Source: Christensenella sp. (GTDB lineage: Bacteria; Bacillota; Clostridia; Christensenellales; CAG-138). Taken from it: a stretch of 64,000 nucleotides of DNA. The position numbers and the translations under genes are program-made. Shown here in pieces: positions 27,184 to 36,432 of this stretch (positions are counted from its first letter, which is position 1; the number at the start of each line of letters is the position of its first letter). The notes beneath the pieces are model-generated. The model ran no database searches, was not told where the DNA came from, and worked only from the letters and a program-made list of their open reading frames with translations. Location: NCBI GenBank assembly GCA_034926785.1, contig JAYFQU010000017.1:50794-114793 (forward strand), written 5' to 3'.

Positions 27184-29586
27184 ATGGACGAAATGAATCA
27201 GGCAAAGCAGCTGGTCGCCTCAATGTCACTTGCGGAAAAGGCCAGTTTGCTCAGCGGAGCCGATCGATGGCACACAAAAGCGATTGCGCGGCTCGGCCTT
27301 GATTCCATCATGGTCGCGGACGGCCCGCACGGTCTTCGTAAAGAGGTGCGGGATGCGGGGCAAAACGTCAGCACGGTGAAAGCAACCTGTTTTCCAGCCG
27401 CTTGCGCAACGGCCTGCTCGTTTGACCGGGAGTTGCTTTTTCGCATCGGCACCGCGCTTGCCGAGGAATGCCGCGCGGAGGATGTGGCGGTCCTGTTAGG
27501 ACCCGGACTCAATTGTAAGAGAAGTCCGCTCTGCGGGCGCAACTTTGAATATTTCAGCGAGGATCCCGTAGTCTCCGGCGAGCTTGCCGCCGCTTATATC
27601 AAGGGGGTGCAGAGTCTTGGCGTAGGCACCTCCATGAAGCACTTCGCGCTCAACAATCAGGAGTATCGCCGCCTCACCATCGACGCGGTTGTGGATGAGC
27701 GCGCAATGTTTGAACTGTATCTTGCCGGGTTTGAACGCGTGCTGCAGCAGGTCCAGCCCTGGACCGTGATGTGCTCCTACAATCGCGTCAAGGGGGTTAA
27801 CGCGAGCGATAATCGCTGGCTGCTTACCGACGTGCTCCGCAATCAATTCGGATTCAACGGACTTGTCGTTTCAGACTGGGGCGCGGTGAACGACCGCGTC
27901 GCCGGCGTCTCCGCCGGGCTGGATCTGGAGATGCCGTTTGTCGGGTCATATCACGACCGTCAGATTGAGAAAGCCGTGTTATCCGGCGAATTGAAAGAGA
28001 GCGAAGTGGACCTCTGCGCCGCTCGCGTGGTTGCGCTGCTGGAAAAGGCGAAGAAACGCAAGCATCTCCCCTTTGACGAGGCGGCGCATCATGCGCTGGC
28101 GCGGGAAGCGGCGGCCTCCTCCTGCGTTTTGCTGAAAAATGAGGAAAGACTGCTTCCTTTAAAGGCCGACGCGAACATCGCCGTTATTGGGGCGTTTGCA
28201 AAGCAACCGCGCTATCAGGGCGCAGGCAGCAGTAAAGTTCAACCCCTGCGTTTAGAGAACGCCTATGAAGAACTGTGCCATCTAGGCTTCCACACGGAGT
28301 ATGCCGCTGGATATGACCGGACGCTCGACGCGCCGGACGAGGCTCTCCTATCGGAAGCCTGCGCCCTCGCCGCCGGGAAGGATGCCGTGCTGCTGTTCGT
28401 CGGCTTGCCGGATCGATACGAATCCGAAGGATTTGACCGCAAGTCCCTCCACATGCCGGAAAATCACATCGAACTCATCCGCAGGGTGGGCGCGGTCAAT
28501 CCAAACGTAGCGGTCGTGCTTTCCTGCGGATCGGTGGTCGATCTGAGCTGGGCGGATAGCGCAAAAGCCATCCTGCTTGGTTACCTGGGCGGTCAGGCTT
28601 CGGGCGGGGCGGTTGCGGACATTATTTCCGGCAAGGTCTGCCCGGGCGGAAAGCTCGCAGAAAGCTGGCCGCTTCGGTTGGATGATACCCCCTGCCTCAC
28701 CTATTTCCCCGGATACACGAGAACGGTGGAATACCGCGAAAGCATCTTCGTTGGCTACCGTTATTATGATTCTGGGAACGTGCCTGTCCGTTATCCCTTC
28801 GGTCACGGACTCTCCTATGCATCGTTTGCCTATTCCAATCTTAAGCTCGATGCCCCCTCTCTTGACGGGGATGCGCCGCTGCGTCTCTCTCTGGACGTTA
28901 CGAACACCGGAGATTGCGCGGGAGCGGAGGTGGTGCAGCTCTATATCAGCCACAAATCCGGCGTCATGTTCACACCGGCGCAGGAACTCAAGGGTTTTGA
29001 GAAGGTGTTCCTTGCGCCCGGCGAAACAAAATCCGTATCATTTGTACTCACGCGGCGCGATCTGTGTTACTATGATGGAGCCGTCGGCGGCTGGCGCGTA
29101 GAAGGCGGCGCATATGAGATTCGCCTGAGCGCTTCGAGCCGCGATGTTCGACTCTCCGCGATGATTCAAGCCGTGCCGGATGCGGACGCTACGGCGCCCG
29201 ACTTTCATTCGTCCGCCCCATGCTATTATGATCTTTCCCATGGCGTCAACGTGCCGGATCGTGCGTTTACCTCCGTGCTCGGCCGCCCGATTCCCCCGCG
29301 TGAACGGCAAAAGGGCGAGCCGCATACGTTGAACGTCACCCTCAGCGAGGTCAGGCACACGCTTCTTGGCAGGCTGTTGACCTCCATCGGCCGAAAGGTC
29401 GCGCTAGCCGCGACCGAAACCGGCGAGGTAGACGACGGCATTATCGACCAGGTTCTCTATACGTCTCCGCTCCGGCTGATGAGTTCGGAATCCGACATTA
29501 CGCCGCGGCAGATCGAGGGCATTGTCCTATTGCTGAACCATAAAATCTTAAGGGGTCTCCGCGCTCTGACCGAAAAAAAGTCCTGA
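27184..29586 (+). CDS. GH3 beta-glucosidase-type glycoside hydrolase
   Basis: ATG 27184 follows GGGAGG. 800 aa with KHFALNNQE, VVSDWGAV (nucleophile Asp) and a C-terminal Fn3-like domain. Confidence 0.9.
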   Translation: MDEMNQAKQLVASMSLAEKASLLSGADRWHTKAIARLGLDSIMVADGPHGLRKEVRDAGQNVSTVKATCFPAACATACSFDRELLFRIGTALAEECRAEDVAVLLGPGLNCKRSPLCGRNFEYFSEDPVVSGELAAAYIKGVQSLGVGTSMKHFALNNQEYRRLTIDAVVDERAMFELYLAGFERVLQQVQPWTVMCSYNRVKGVNASDNRWLLTDVLRNQFGFNGLVVSDWGAVNDRVAGVSAGLDLEMPFVGSYHDRQIEKAVLSGELKESEVDLCAARVVALLEKAKKRKHLPFDEAAHHALAREAAASSCVLLKNEERLLPLKADANIAVIGAFAKQPRYQGAGSSKVQPLRLENAYEELCHLGFHTEYAAGYDRTLDAPDEALLSEACALAAGKDAVLLFVGLPDRYESEGFDRKSLHMPENHIELIRRVGAVNPNVAVVLSCGSVVDLSWADSAKAILLGYLGGQASGGAVADIISGKVCPGGKLAESWPLRLDDTPCLTYFPGYTRTVEYRESIFVGYRYYDSGNVPVRYPFGHGLSYASFAYSNLKLDAPSLDGDAPLRLSLDVTNTGDCAGAEVVQLYISHKSGVMFTPAQELKGFEKVFLAPGETKSVSFVLTRRDLCYYDGAVGGWRVEGGAYEIRLSASSRDVRLSAMIQAVPDADATAPDFHSSAPCYYDLSHGVNVPDRAFTSVLGRPIPPRERQKGEPHTLNVTLSEVRHTLLGRLLTSIGRKVALAATETGEVDDGIIDQVLYTSPLRLMSSESDITPRQIEGIVLLLNHKILRGLRALTEKKS

Positions 29587-29634
29587 TCGAGTTCATCTAT
29601 TCCCATACTACGACTACCGGAGGGATCTTTCGTC

Positions 29635-30699
29635 ATGCAGTCCGTTCTTTCTCTTTTTGCGCTCTCAAGCGAGCCACTCAGCAGTGAACCCTATGGCAGC
29701 GGGCATATCAACGGCACGTATCTGGTGCGCTGCGCAAACGGGACACAATATATCCTCCAATATATCAACACCGCCGTGTTTCGCCAGCCCGAGGCGCTGA
29801 TGCGCAATATCGAGCTGGTTACAGAACACTTGAGCAAAAAAACCACGGATCCTCGTGGCGTTCTGCATCTGATTCCGGCCCGGAATGGCGCCAGTTTTGT
29901 CGTTGAAAACGGCGCCTATTGGCGCGTCTATGAGCTGGTTGCAAACAGCGTGTGTTATCAGTCCGCCAATCGTGTGCTTTTCCGCGAGTGTGCGGTCGCA
30001 TTCGGGCGGTTTCAAAATCAGCTGTCGGACTTTCCGGCGGAGCAGCTCGTCGAGACCATCCCGCATTTTCACGATACACCGGCGCGTTTCTCCGCCTTTC
30101 ATGAAGCCATCGCGGCGAACGCTTCCGGTCGGCTGCAAGCCGTTCTGCCGGAGGTGGATTTCATTCTGGAACGCGAACCATTCTCAAAAACGCTGGTTTC
30201 ACTGCAGGCGAGCGGAGACCTCCCGCTTCGCGTGACGCATAACGATACAAAGATCAACAACGTTCTCTTCGACGCAGCCACAAACAAGGCGCTCTGCGTT
30301 ATTGATCTGGACACAGTGATGCCCGGCCTCTCGGTTAACGACTTTGGCGACGCTATTCGCTTTGGCGCCTCTACCGCCGCCGAGGACGAACGGGATCTCT
30401 CACGCGTACATTTTGATTTGGATCTATACGAAACCTATGTGCAGGGCTATCTTTCCACCTGTGGCGAAAGCCTGACGAAAACAGAGATCGAGATGCTGCC
30501 TGTCGGCGCGAAGATGATGACGCTGGAATGCGGCATGCGTTTTCTTGCCGACCATATCGCAGGGGATGTGTACTTTCATATCTCGCGTGAAAATCAAAAT
30601 CTCGACCGCGCACGCACGCAGATTCAGCTTGCGCGCGAGATGGAGCAACATTGGGATGAGATGCGACAAATCGTCGCAAATGCGGTTAACAAGTCTTAA
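29635..30699 (+). CDS. NahK-like N-acetylhexosamine 1-kinase (APH-fold phosphotransferase)
   Basis: 354 aa. Colinear with Bifidobacterium NahK/LnpB as I recall it: GHINGTY, RVTHNDTKINN, DLDTVMPG, ECGMRFLAD. Confidence 0.75.
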   Translation: MQSVLSLFALSSEPLSSEPYGSGHINGTYLVRCANGTQYILQYINTAVFRQPEALMRNIELVTEHLSKKTTDPRGVLHLIPARNGASFVVENGAYWRVYELVANSVCYQSANRVLFRECAVAFGRFQNQLSDFPAEQLVETIPHFHDTPARFSAFHEAIAANASGRLQAVLPEVDFILEREPFSKTLVSLQASGDLPLRVTHNDTKINNVLFDAATNKALCVIDLDTVMPGLSVNDFGDAIRFGASTAAEDERDLSRVHFDLDLYETYVQGYLSTCGESLTKTEIEMLPVGAKMMTLECGMRFLADHIAGDVYFHISRENQNLDRARTQIQLAREMEQHWDEMRQIVANAVNKS

Positions 30700-30914
30700 A
30701 CATGCAGACAGCAGCGCCCGCAAAAGCGCTGCTATCTGTCAAAAGAGCCCCGGATTGGTAAGGGCTGCGGCTCAAAGCCCATAGATTCCGCCACGGCTCT
30801 TAACCGTTCGAACCCCGAAGGAAGGAAAAAAAAGAGCGGCTATTCCGTTAACGAACCCATTTTTATGAAGGTTTCCAGCGCCCGGACGGGCGCTGTTTTG
30901 TCGCGAAATAGCGC

Positions 30915-31175
30915 TTAGCGCCTGCCGAGAATCAGGCGGCTGAGGATGATCAACACGCATGCACCGCCAATTGCAATCAGAAAGCCGGTGAACGACCATA
31001 CGTTGCCGGTGCCGATACCCGCATAATCCGCGAGCCACCCGCCAAGCACGCTGCCCGCTATGCCGAGGATGATGTTGCGAAGCAACCCGCCTCTGCCGTG
31101 CATAATCTTACTAGCCAGCCAGCCGATGATTGCGCCAATGAAGAGCCAGCTCAAAAACTGCCACATATGCCACAT
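30915..31175 (-). CDS. GlsB/YeaQ/YmgE-family stress membrane protein
   Basis: About 83-86 aa. Contains GAIIGWLASKIM...GIAGSVLGGWLA. By RBS spacing the second ATG (31166) is the more likely start. Confidence 0.8.
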   Translation of the reverse strand: MWHMWQFLSWLFIGAIIGWLASKIMHGRGGLLRNIILGIAGSVLGGWLADYAGIGTGNVWSFTGFLIAIGGACVLIILSRLILGRR

Positions 31176-31226
31176 TTCCTCCTGTCACTTTTCTATCATC
31201 CGCCTCGCGGAAAAAAACCCCACGCG

Positions 31227-31772
31227 CTATTCCGTTTTCTCCCGCGTCTCCGGGGCGGCGCTTGCCTGCCGAACCGAAGCCTTCTTTTTGAAGAAGACCC
31301 GGAAGATCACATTGGCCACCGCCGCGATGACCGGGCCGAGGATCATGCCGGCTCCGCCAAAGAGCAGCAATCCGCCAACCGAAGCAAACAGCGTAATCCA
31401 GGGCGACAGGCCAACGCTTTTGCCTGTGATAATGGGGTCAAGCACCATGCGCAGAACCACCATCGCGATATAGGTTGCCCCGACTGCAATCGCCATATGC
31501 GGGTTTTTCGCGATCAGTGCGATGATCGCCCATGGCACAAATACGATTCCCGAACCGATGACCGGCAGCAAATCCAGCAGGCTAACGCCGACGGCGATCA
31601 ACGGAGACCACCAGCCGAGCCCGACGATAATCATACCGACGGTGACCACAATAAAGTTTACGCCAAAAAGGATTGCCTGCGCCTTGCCAAAGCCGAGCGC
31701 GGCTGCGCCAAGCTCCTTCAAGGTCGCGGCTATCTGTTCTCTTCTGAGTTTCTCGCCCGGTTTTGTTTCCAT
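31227..31772 (-). CDS. AI-2E/YtvI-family transporter, C-terminal half only (probably 5'-truncated)
   Basis: 181 aa from METKPGE. Contains LLDLLPVIGSGIVFVPW and GLSPWITLFA...GPVIAAV, typical of the last ~4 TM helices of ~350-aa AI-2E proteins. No N-terminal half is found upstream, and no clear RBS is present. Confidence 0.55.
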   Translation of the reverse strand: METKPGEKLRREQIAATLKELGAAALGFGKAQAILFGVNFIVVTVGMIIVGLGWWSPLIAVGVSLLDLLPVIGSGIVFVPWAIIALIAKNPHMAIAVGATYIAMVVLRMVLDPIITGKSVGLSPWITLFASVGGLLLFGGAGMILGPVIAAVANVIFRVFFKKKASVRQASAAPETREKTE

Positions 31773-31894
31773 GCTACGATTATAATGGATCTTTTCGGTG
31801 GATACAATCCGAAATCGCACCGCCGCTGTGGCGTGTATCACCAGCCAACAGGCGAGAGCCGCCGTAAGCCCCCCCACCAACTTCGTTTGGCTCG

Positions 31895-33619
31895 CTACCG
31901 TCTCACAATCCGGTAATACGTTTTTGCCGTAATGCGATAAACCGCAAAATAGAACAGAGTAAATGCAAGCAGTGTACCGCAGATGCAGGTCAGCACCAAG
32001 CCCCAATTATAGAGCATAAAGGTCTTGAGCATCAGCGCCATGATCTTGGAAGCGAAGAGCATATGCAGCGCGGTTGCCCCCAGAGGAAGGAAGAACACCC
32101 ACAGCACTTGTGAATTGATGGTATGTTTAACCTGATGATCGTCCATGCCCACCTTCTGCAAAATCTCGAACCGTTCCTTATCCTCATATCCCTCGGTCAC
32201 TTGCTTAAAGTAGAGAATCAGCACCGCAACCGCGAGGAAAAGCACCGCAAAGAACGCGCCGAGGAACAAGAGCCCGCCGTAGAACCCATACCCTTCCACC
32301 CGGGAGGTATAGATATCGGAAGCAATCATATTAGGTGTTTCGGCAAATGATTCGCTGTAGTGATCCCGAATCGCCTGGATGAACGAAAGGCAGTCATCCT
32401 CCGTTCCCGAGAGGTCAAAGCGATAGCTGTTGTCATAAAAGATCAGCGTCGGCACTTCGGCAAACACGCTGTCTTCCCAGACAAAATTATTGCGCCGGAA
32501 TTCTTCGCCCTCCGGAAGCTTTGTAATCAGCTTGCTCTTATCCGCCGACAACGAAACGTGATGTTCCGCGGCAAGGCGGTTGAGTGTGCCATCATAGGCG
32601 ATAATCTGTTCCCGCGTCGCAGACGCCGGCACATAAACCTGCGCATCGTAGGGATACATGCCGCGCGTCATCTCCTCCCGTCCCAGATACAGCGAGAGCG
32701 TGCCGGACACAGTAACCACCAGCATCGTTGAGAGAATACAAATGGTGGCAAGCCCGCGCGCGTTTTGGCGCATGCGGTGGAACATGCCTGAAATGGTCAC
32801 AAAATGCTCCGGCCGATAGTAGAGGCTTTTCTTCATGCGCAGCAGCCGCAGCACGGCAATGCTGCCGCAGAGAAAAAGCAAATAGGTCGCAACGATGACC
32901 ACAATGGCCAGCGGAAAGAATATTCCAAGCGCGAGCCCCGGCACCTCGGATGTCCAGGCAAAATAGTATGCACCGCCAAGGAGCAAAAAGCCGAGAATCG
33001 CAAGCGGCACCAGCCCCTTTTTATCCTTCTCGCCCTGTTTTTCACTCGAAAGCAGGGAGATCGGATTCGCCGTATGCACGCGAATGATGTTCGCCACGGA
33101 TGTCACGAGGAATATCAGGAAAAACAGGCCGAACATCAGGCCGAAAGCAATCGGCGCAATAGCGAAGGAACTGCCCGGCACCGCGTGGATTAGCTTCATG
33201 AGCACAAGAAACAGCAGTCGCCCGAACACCAGCGCAATCACGGCGCCGCAGACAATTCCCCCGCCGATAACGAACAGATTTTCCCAGACAAGCACACGCC
33301 CAACCTGCCGTTTATCGAGGCCGAGGATACCGTATAACCCGAACTCCCTTTTCCTGCGCTTGATTAAAAAGTTGTTGATGTATAGCATAAAGAGGAATGT
33401 AAAGAGCGCATAGACGGCGAGGCCGAAGGCAAAGAGCATCCGCGCCGTGTCGCCCGCGGGAGTATTGGTCATCCCACTGCTAAAGAGCAGACCGGAGATG
33501 AGTAAGAAAACCCCGCTCATCACCGCCGTCGCCACCAGATAAGGCACATAGGTGAGCTTATTTCGCCGCACATTGCTCAGCGCAAGGCGAATATAAAAAA
33601 AATTACGCAATGTCGCCAC
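31895..33619 (-). CDS. BceB-type ABC permease (FtsX domains, 10 TM)
   Basis: About 574 aa. N-terminal ...LALSNVRRNKLTYVPYL, a large extracellular loop between late TM helices, and FtsX-like repeats. GTG/TTG start overlaps the ATPase stop (33619 or 33610). Confidence 0.85.
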   Translation of the reverse strand: MATLRNFFYIRLALSNVRRNKLTYVPYLVATAVMSGVFLLISGLLFSSGMTNTPAGDTARMLFAFGLAVYALFTFLFMLYINNFLIKRRKREFGLYGILGLDKRQVGRVLVWENLFVIGGGIVCGAVIALVFGRLLFLVLMKLIHAVPGSSFAIAPIAFGLMFGLFFLIFLVTSVANIIRVHTANPISLLSSEKQGEKDKKGLVPLAILGFLLLGGAYYFAWTSEVPGLALGIFFPLAIVVIVATYLLFLCGSIAVLRLLRMKKSLYYRPEHFVTISGMFHRMRQNARGLATICILSTMLVVTVSGTLSLYLGREEMTRGMYPYDAQVYVPASATREQIIAYDGTLNRLAAEHHVSLSADKSKLITKLPEGEEFRRNNFVWEDSVFAEVPTLIFYDNSYRFDLSGTEDDCLSFIQAIRDHYSESFAETPNMIASDIYTSRVEGYGFYGGLLFLGAFFAVLFLAVAVLILYFKQVTEGYEDKERFEILQKVGMDDHQVKHTINSQVLWVFFLPLGATALHMLFASKIMALMLKTFMLYNWGLVLTCICGTLLAFTLFYFAVYRITAKTYYRIVRR

Positions 33620-34364
33620 CGCCCAATATCGACAGATTGGCCACGATGCGGTCAAAGAACGCGCGGTTGGTTTCCTCCCCGCGGTAAAGCTGTGAGAACA
33701 GCGCTCCATCCGAAATAAACAGCACGCGGGAGGCGTAGCTCGCCGCCATCGCGCTGTGGGTGACCATCAAAATAGTCTTGCCGATATCATGCAAGTCCGA
33801 AAACTGCGCGAGCAGGCCCGACGAAGCCTTGCTGTCCAGCGCGCCGGTGGGCTCGTCGGCAAGCAATATGCGCGGGTCGGTGATCACCGCGCGGGCAATC
33901 GCCGCGCGCTGCTTTTCGCCGCCGGATACCTCATAGGGATACTTGCTTAATAGCTGCGTGATGCCAAGTTGCCGCACGACCGGCAACAGCCGCTCCTCCA
34001 TCTCACGCACGGGCGTCTGCATCAGCACCAGCGGCAGCAGGATATTGTCCTTGAGCGAAAAGGTGTCCAGCAGATTAAAATCCTGAAAGACGAAGCCAAG
34101 GTGCTTTCTGCGAAACTCGGAGAGTTCGCGATCAGGAATGGATAAAAAGCTCTTGCCGTCGAGCAGGACATCCCCCGTCGTGGGTTTGTCCAGCGAGGCG
34201 AGGATATTGAGCAGCGTCGTCTTGCCGCTTCCGCTTGCACCCATGATGGCGACAAACTCACCCTCGATCACCTCAAAGCTGATATTTTTCAGCGCCACAC
34301 ACTGCCGCATGCCAAGTTTGGTATTATAGACCTTACCGAGTCCTTTTACCTGAAGTAATGACAT
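33603..34364 (-). CDS. BceA-type ABC ATP-binding protein
   Basis: 253 aa. Walker A GASGSGKTT, signature VSGGEKQR, Walker B ILLADEPT. Confidence 0.92.
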   Translation of the reverse strand: MSLLQVKGLGKVYNTKLGMRQCVALKNISFEVIEGEFVAIMGASGSGKTTLLNILASLDKPTTGDVLLDGKSFLSIPDRELSEFRRKHLGFVFQDFNLLDTFSLKDNILLPLVLMQTPVREMEERLLPVVRQLGITQLLSKYPYEVSGGEKQRAAIARAVITDPRILLADEPTGALDSKASSGLLAQFSDLHDIGKTILMVTHSAMAASYASRVLFISDGALFSQLYRGEETNRAFFDRIVANLSILGGGDIA

Positions 34365-34467
34365 GAGAATTCCTCCGTTTGACTCTTGATGCGGCCATTG
34401 TATGAAAAAAGCCTCGCGCTAGCCATCGATTTGCCTTACACGTGCCAGAGCATTTCTTACGCTTTTG

Positions 34468-35457
34468 TCACATGGCGGCAAATTCGTCATATTGGGGAAA
34501 CCGCATGGTCACGCGCGTTCCCTTGCCCAATTCGGAATCGACCAAAACCAGAATGCCGAGCGCTGTCGCCGCCCGCTTAACCAGATACAGCCCGATGCCG
34601 CTCGCGCGGGTGTCCATACGCCCGTTGTAGCCCGTATATCCCTTTTCAAAGATGCGCGGCAAGTCCTCCTTTCGGATGCCGATCCCGCTGTCCTCTACCA
34701 CGAGCGCAGTCCCTTTCATATCAATCTTTACCCCGCCGGAGCGCGTATATTTAATACTGTTGGAGAGTAGCTGTTCCAGTATAAACCCCATCCACATCCG
34801 GTCACAGGGAACATCTTTTGCCAACTGGCCAATCTCTATGGAGAGCTTGCTGTAGATAAATAGCAAAGAATACTTTTTTACCGCCGCGCGAGCAATCTCA
34901 TTCAGATCGCATCGCTCAATGACAAGATCATTTGCGATGTCGCCAAGCTTGATAAACTTGAGCGCAAGATCGGCATACTGGTCCACCTTGAACAGTTCCT
35001 GCCGCAGTAAGCCCACGCCCGCCCCTTCCTGCGCATCCAGAATCAGGCGCATCGCCGAGATTGGCGTCTTGATCTGATGAATCCAGAGCGTATAGTATTC
35101 CCTTTGCTCCTCCTGTTGGGCAAGCGTCTGCGCGCACAGGCGCGCATGCTCGCGCGAGAGCACGCGAACCAGCGCGTCATAGTCTCCGGTCAAACCATCA
35201 AGCGGCTCCGGCAGTTCGCGCGGCAGGAGTTCCACCCGCTCCCGAATCAGCGCCAGTTGCCGGCGCTTCCGGCGGTAGCGCGCGCCGTCCACAAGCAGCA
35301 CGCAGACGAGCGAAAAGCTTATCAGGATCATCTCGTAGCGTACGTAAACCCCGTCCTGCCGCGCAAGAAAGCCGAGCGTCCCGATCAGGCCCAGCGTGAG
35401 CGCATAGAACACGAGCAGCATGCTCCTTGCACGAAGATAGTCCAATACTCTATGCAT
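34468..35457 (-). CDS. Intramembrane-sensing histidine kinase (BceS type)
   Basis: 329 aa. Two N-terminal TM helices with almost no external loop, H-box WIHQIKTPIS, and an ATPase domain with DSGIGI. Confidence 0.88.
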   Translation of the reverse strand: MHRVLDYLRARSMLLVFYALTLGLIGTLGFLARQDGVYVRYEMILISFSLVCVLLVDGARYRRKRRQLALIRERVELLPRELPEPLDGLTGDYDALVRVLSREHARLCAQTLAQQEEQREYYTLWIHQIKTPISAMRLILDAQEGAGVGLLRQELFKVDQYADLALKFIKLGDIANDLVIERCDLNEIARAAVKKYSLLFIYSKLSIEIGQLAKDVPCDRMWMGFILEQLLSNSIKYTRSGGVKIDMKGTALVVEDSGIGIRKEDLPRIFEKGYTGYNGRMDTRASGIGLYLVKRAATALGILVLVDSELGKGTRVTMRFPQYDEFAAM

Positions 35458-36121
35458 CGATTGAATACCCCTGTCCTTTATGCGTCCTGACGCAGTCGCC
35501 CATCCCCGCTTCCGACAGCGTCTTTCGCAGGCGGTTGACGTTCACCGTCAGCGTGTTATCGTCGATGAATTCGTCGCTATCCCAGAGCTTTAGCATCAGC
35601 GCCTCGCGGCTGACGATTGAACCGCGCTTTTCAAGCAGCGCCAGCAGGATGCGGCCCTCGTTTTTCGTCAGTTCCCGCCTGCCGCCTTCGGTGACAAGGC
35701 AGGATGCGGCGGCGTCAAATTCCGCCCCCCGAAGGCAGAGTCTGGCCGCCGGTTCATAGTCGTAGGCGCGCCGGAGCACCGCCTGCACCTTTGCAATCAG
35801 CAGTTCCGGGTCGACGGGCTTTGCGATATAGTCGTCCCCGCCCATATTGACCGCCATGACCACATCCGCCGTGTCCGAACGGGAGGAAAGAAACACGATC
35901 GGCACACGCGAGGAGCGGCGAATCCGTTCACACCAGTAATACCCGTTGTAATAGGGCAGGGAGATATCCATGACGACCAACTGCGCGCCGGACGCGGCAA
36001 ACTCCTCGTCTATGCGATCAAACGAGCGCGCAATGTCCGCCTCAAATCCCCAGCTGGTCAGACTCTTTGCAATTTCGATTGCGATGACCGCGTCGTCCTC
36101 AACGATGAATATCCGATGCAT
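35450..36121 (-). CDS. OmpR-family response regulator (BceR type)
   Basis: 223 aa. Receiver domain (LVVMDISLP) plus winged-helix output. Overlaps the kinase gene by 8 nt. Confidence 0.92.
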   Translation of the reverse strand: MHRIFIVEDDAVIAIEIAKSLTSWGFEADIARSFDRIDEEFAASGAQLVVMDISLPYYNGYYWCERIRRSSRVPIVFLSSRSDTADVVMAVNMGGDDYIAKPVDPELLIAKVQAVLRRAYDYEPAARLCLRGAEFDAAASCLVTEGGRRELTKNEGRILLALLEKRGSIVSREALMLKLWDSDEFIDDNTLTVNVNRLRKTLSEAGMGDCVRTHKGQGYSIDA

Positions 36122-36432
36122 TTTTCATTGCCTCATTTCGATAGCGCTATTCGTGTATTAGTTATATAATACACTGATTCACTTTTTCTGGCAAGCCGCG
36201 GGTTGACGGACATTTCTTTATGCATGCTGACTGGAATTTTGTATATGATATTAGAAGAAAACGCCCATTCCACTGACGTTTTTCATGAATAGATATACTA
36301 TATATTCCACCAATTCGATTGACACGGATATGCCGCAGCCGCTAGGATAGCATCAGCGACCGGTGTCGAAAACCGGCGTTTTCGGACGGATTTTACCCGC
36401 ATATGCACCCCATTCTGAACGGAGGAAGCACC

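Noticed and set aside
30795-30835. tRNA-like GGTTCGAAC motif (minus strand)
   Set aside because: No acceptor stem, anticodon arm or D-arm can be built around it. It is an isolated T-loop-like string.
30876-30899. Hairpin CAGCGCCC-GGAC-GGGCGCTG followed by TTTT on the + strand as a terminator of an unannotated gene or sRNA
   Set aside because: No supported + strand gene or promoter lies in 30743-30875. It may simply act as a bidirectional stop for the convergent NahK-like and GlsB genes. The evidence is too thin to call a feature.
31773-32006. Upstream extension of the AI-2E-like ORF
   Set aside because: The first ~37 codons overlap the bceB 3' end in another frame and have no transporter-like sequence. 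Only the region after ~31850 could be coding.
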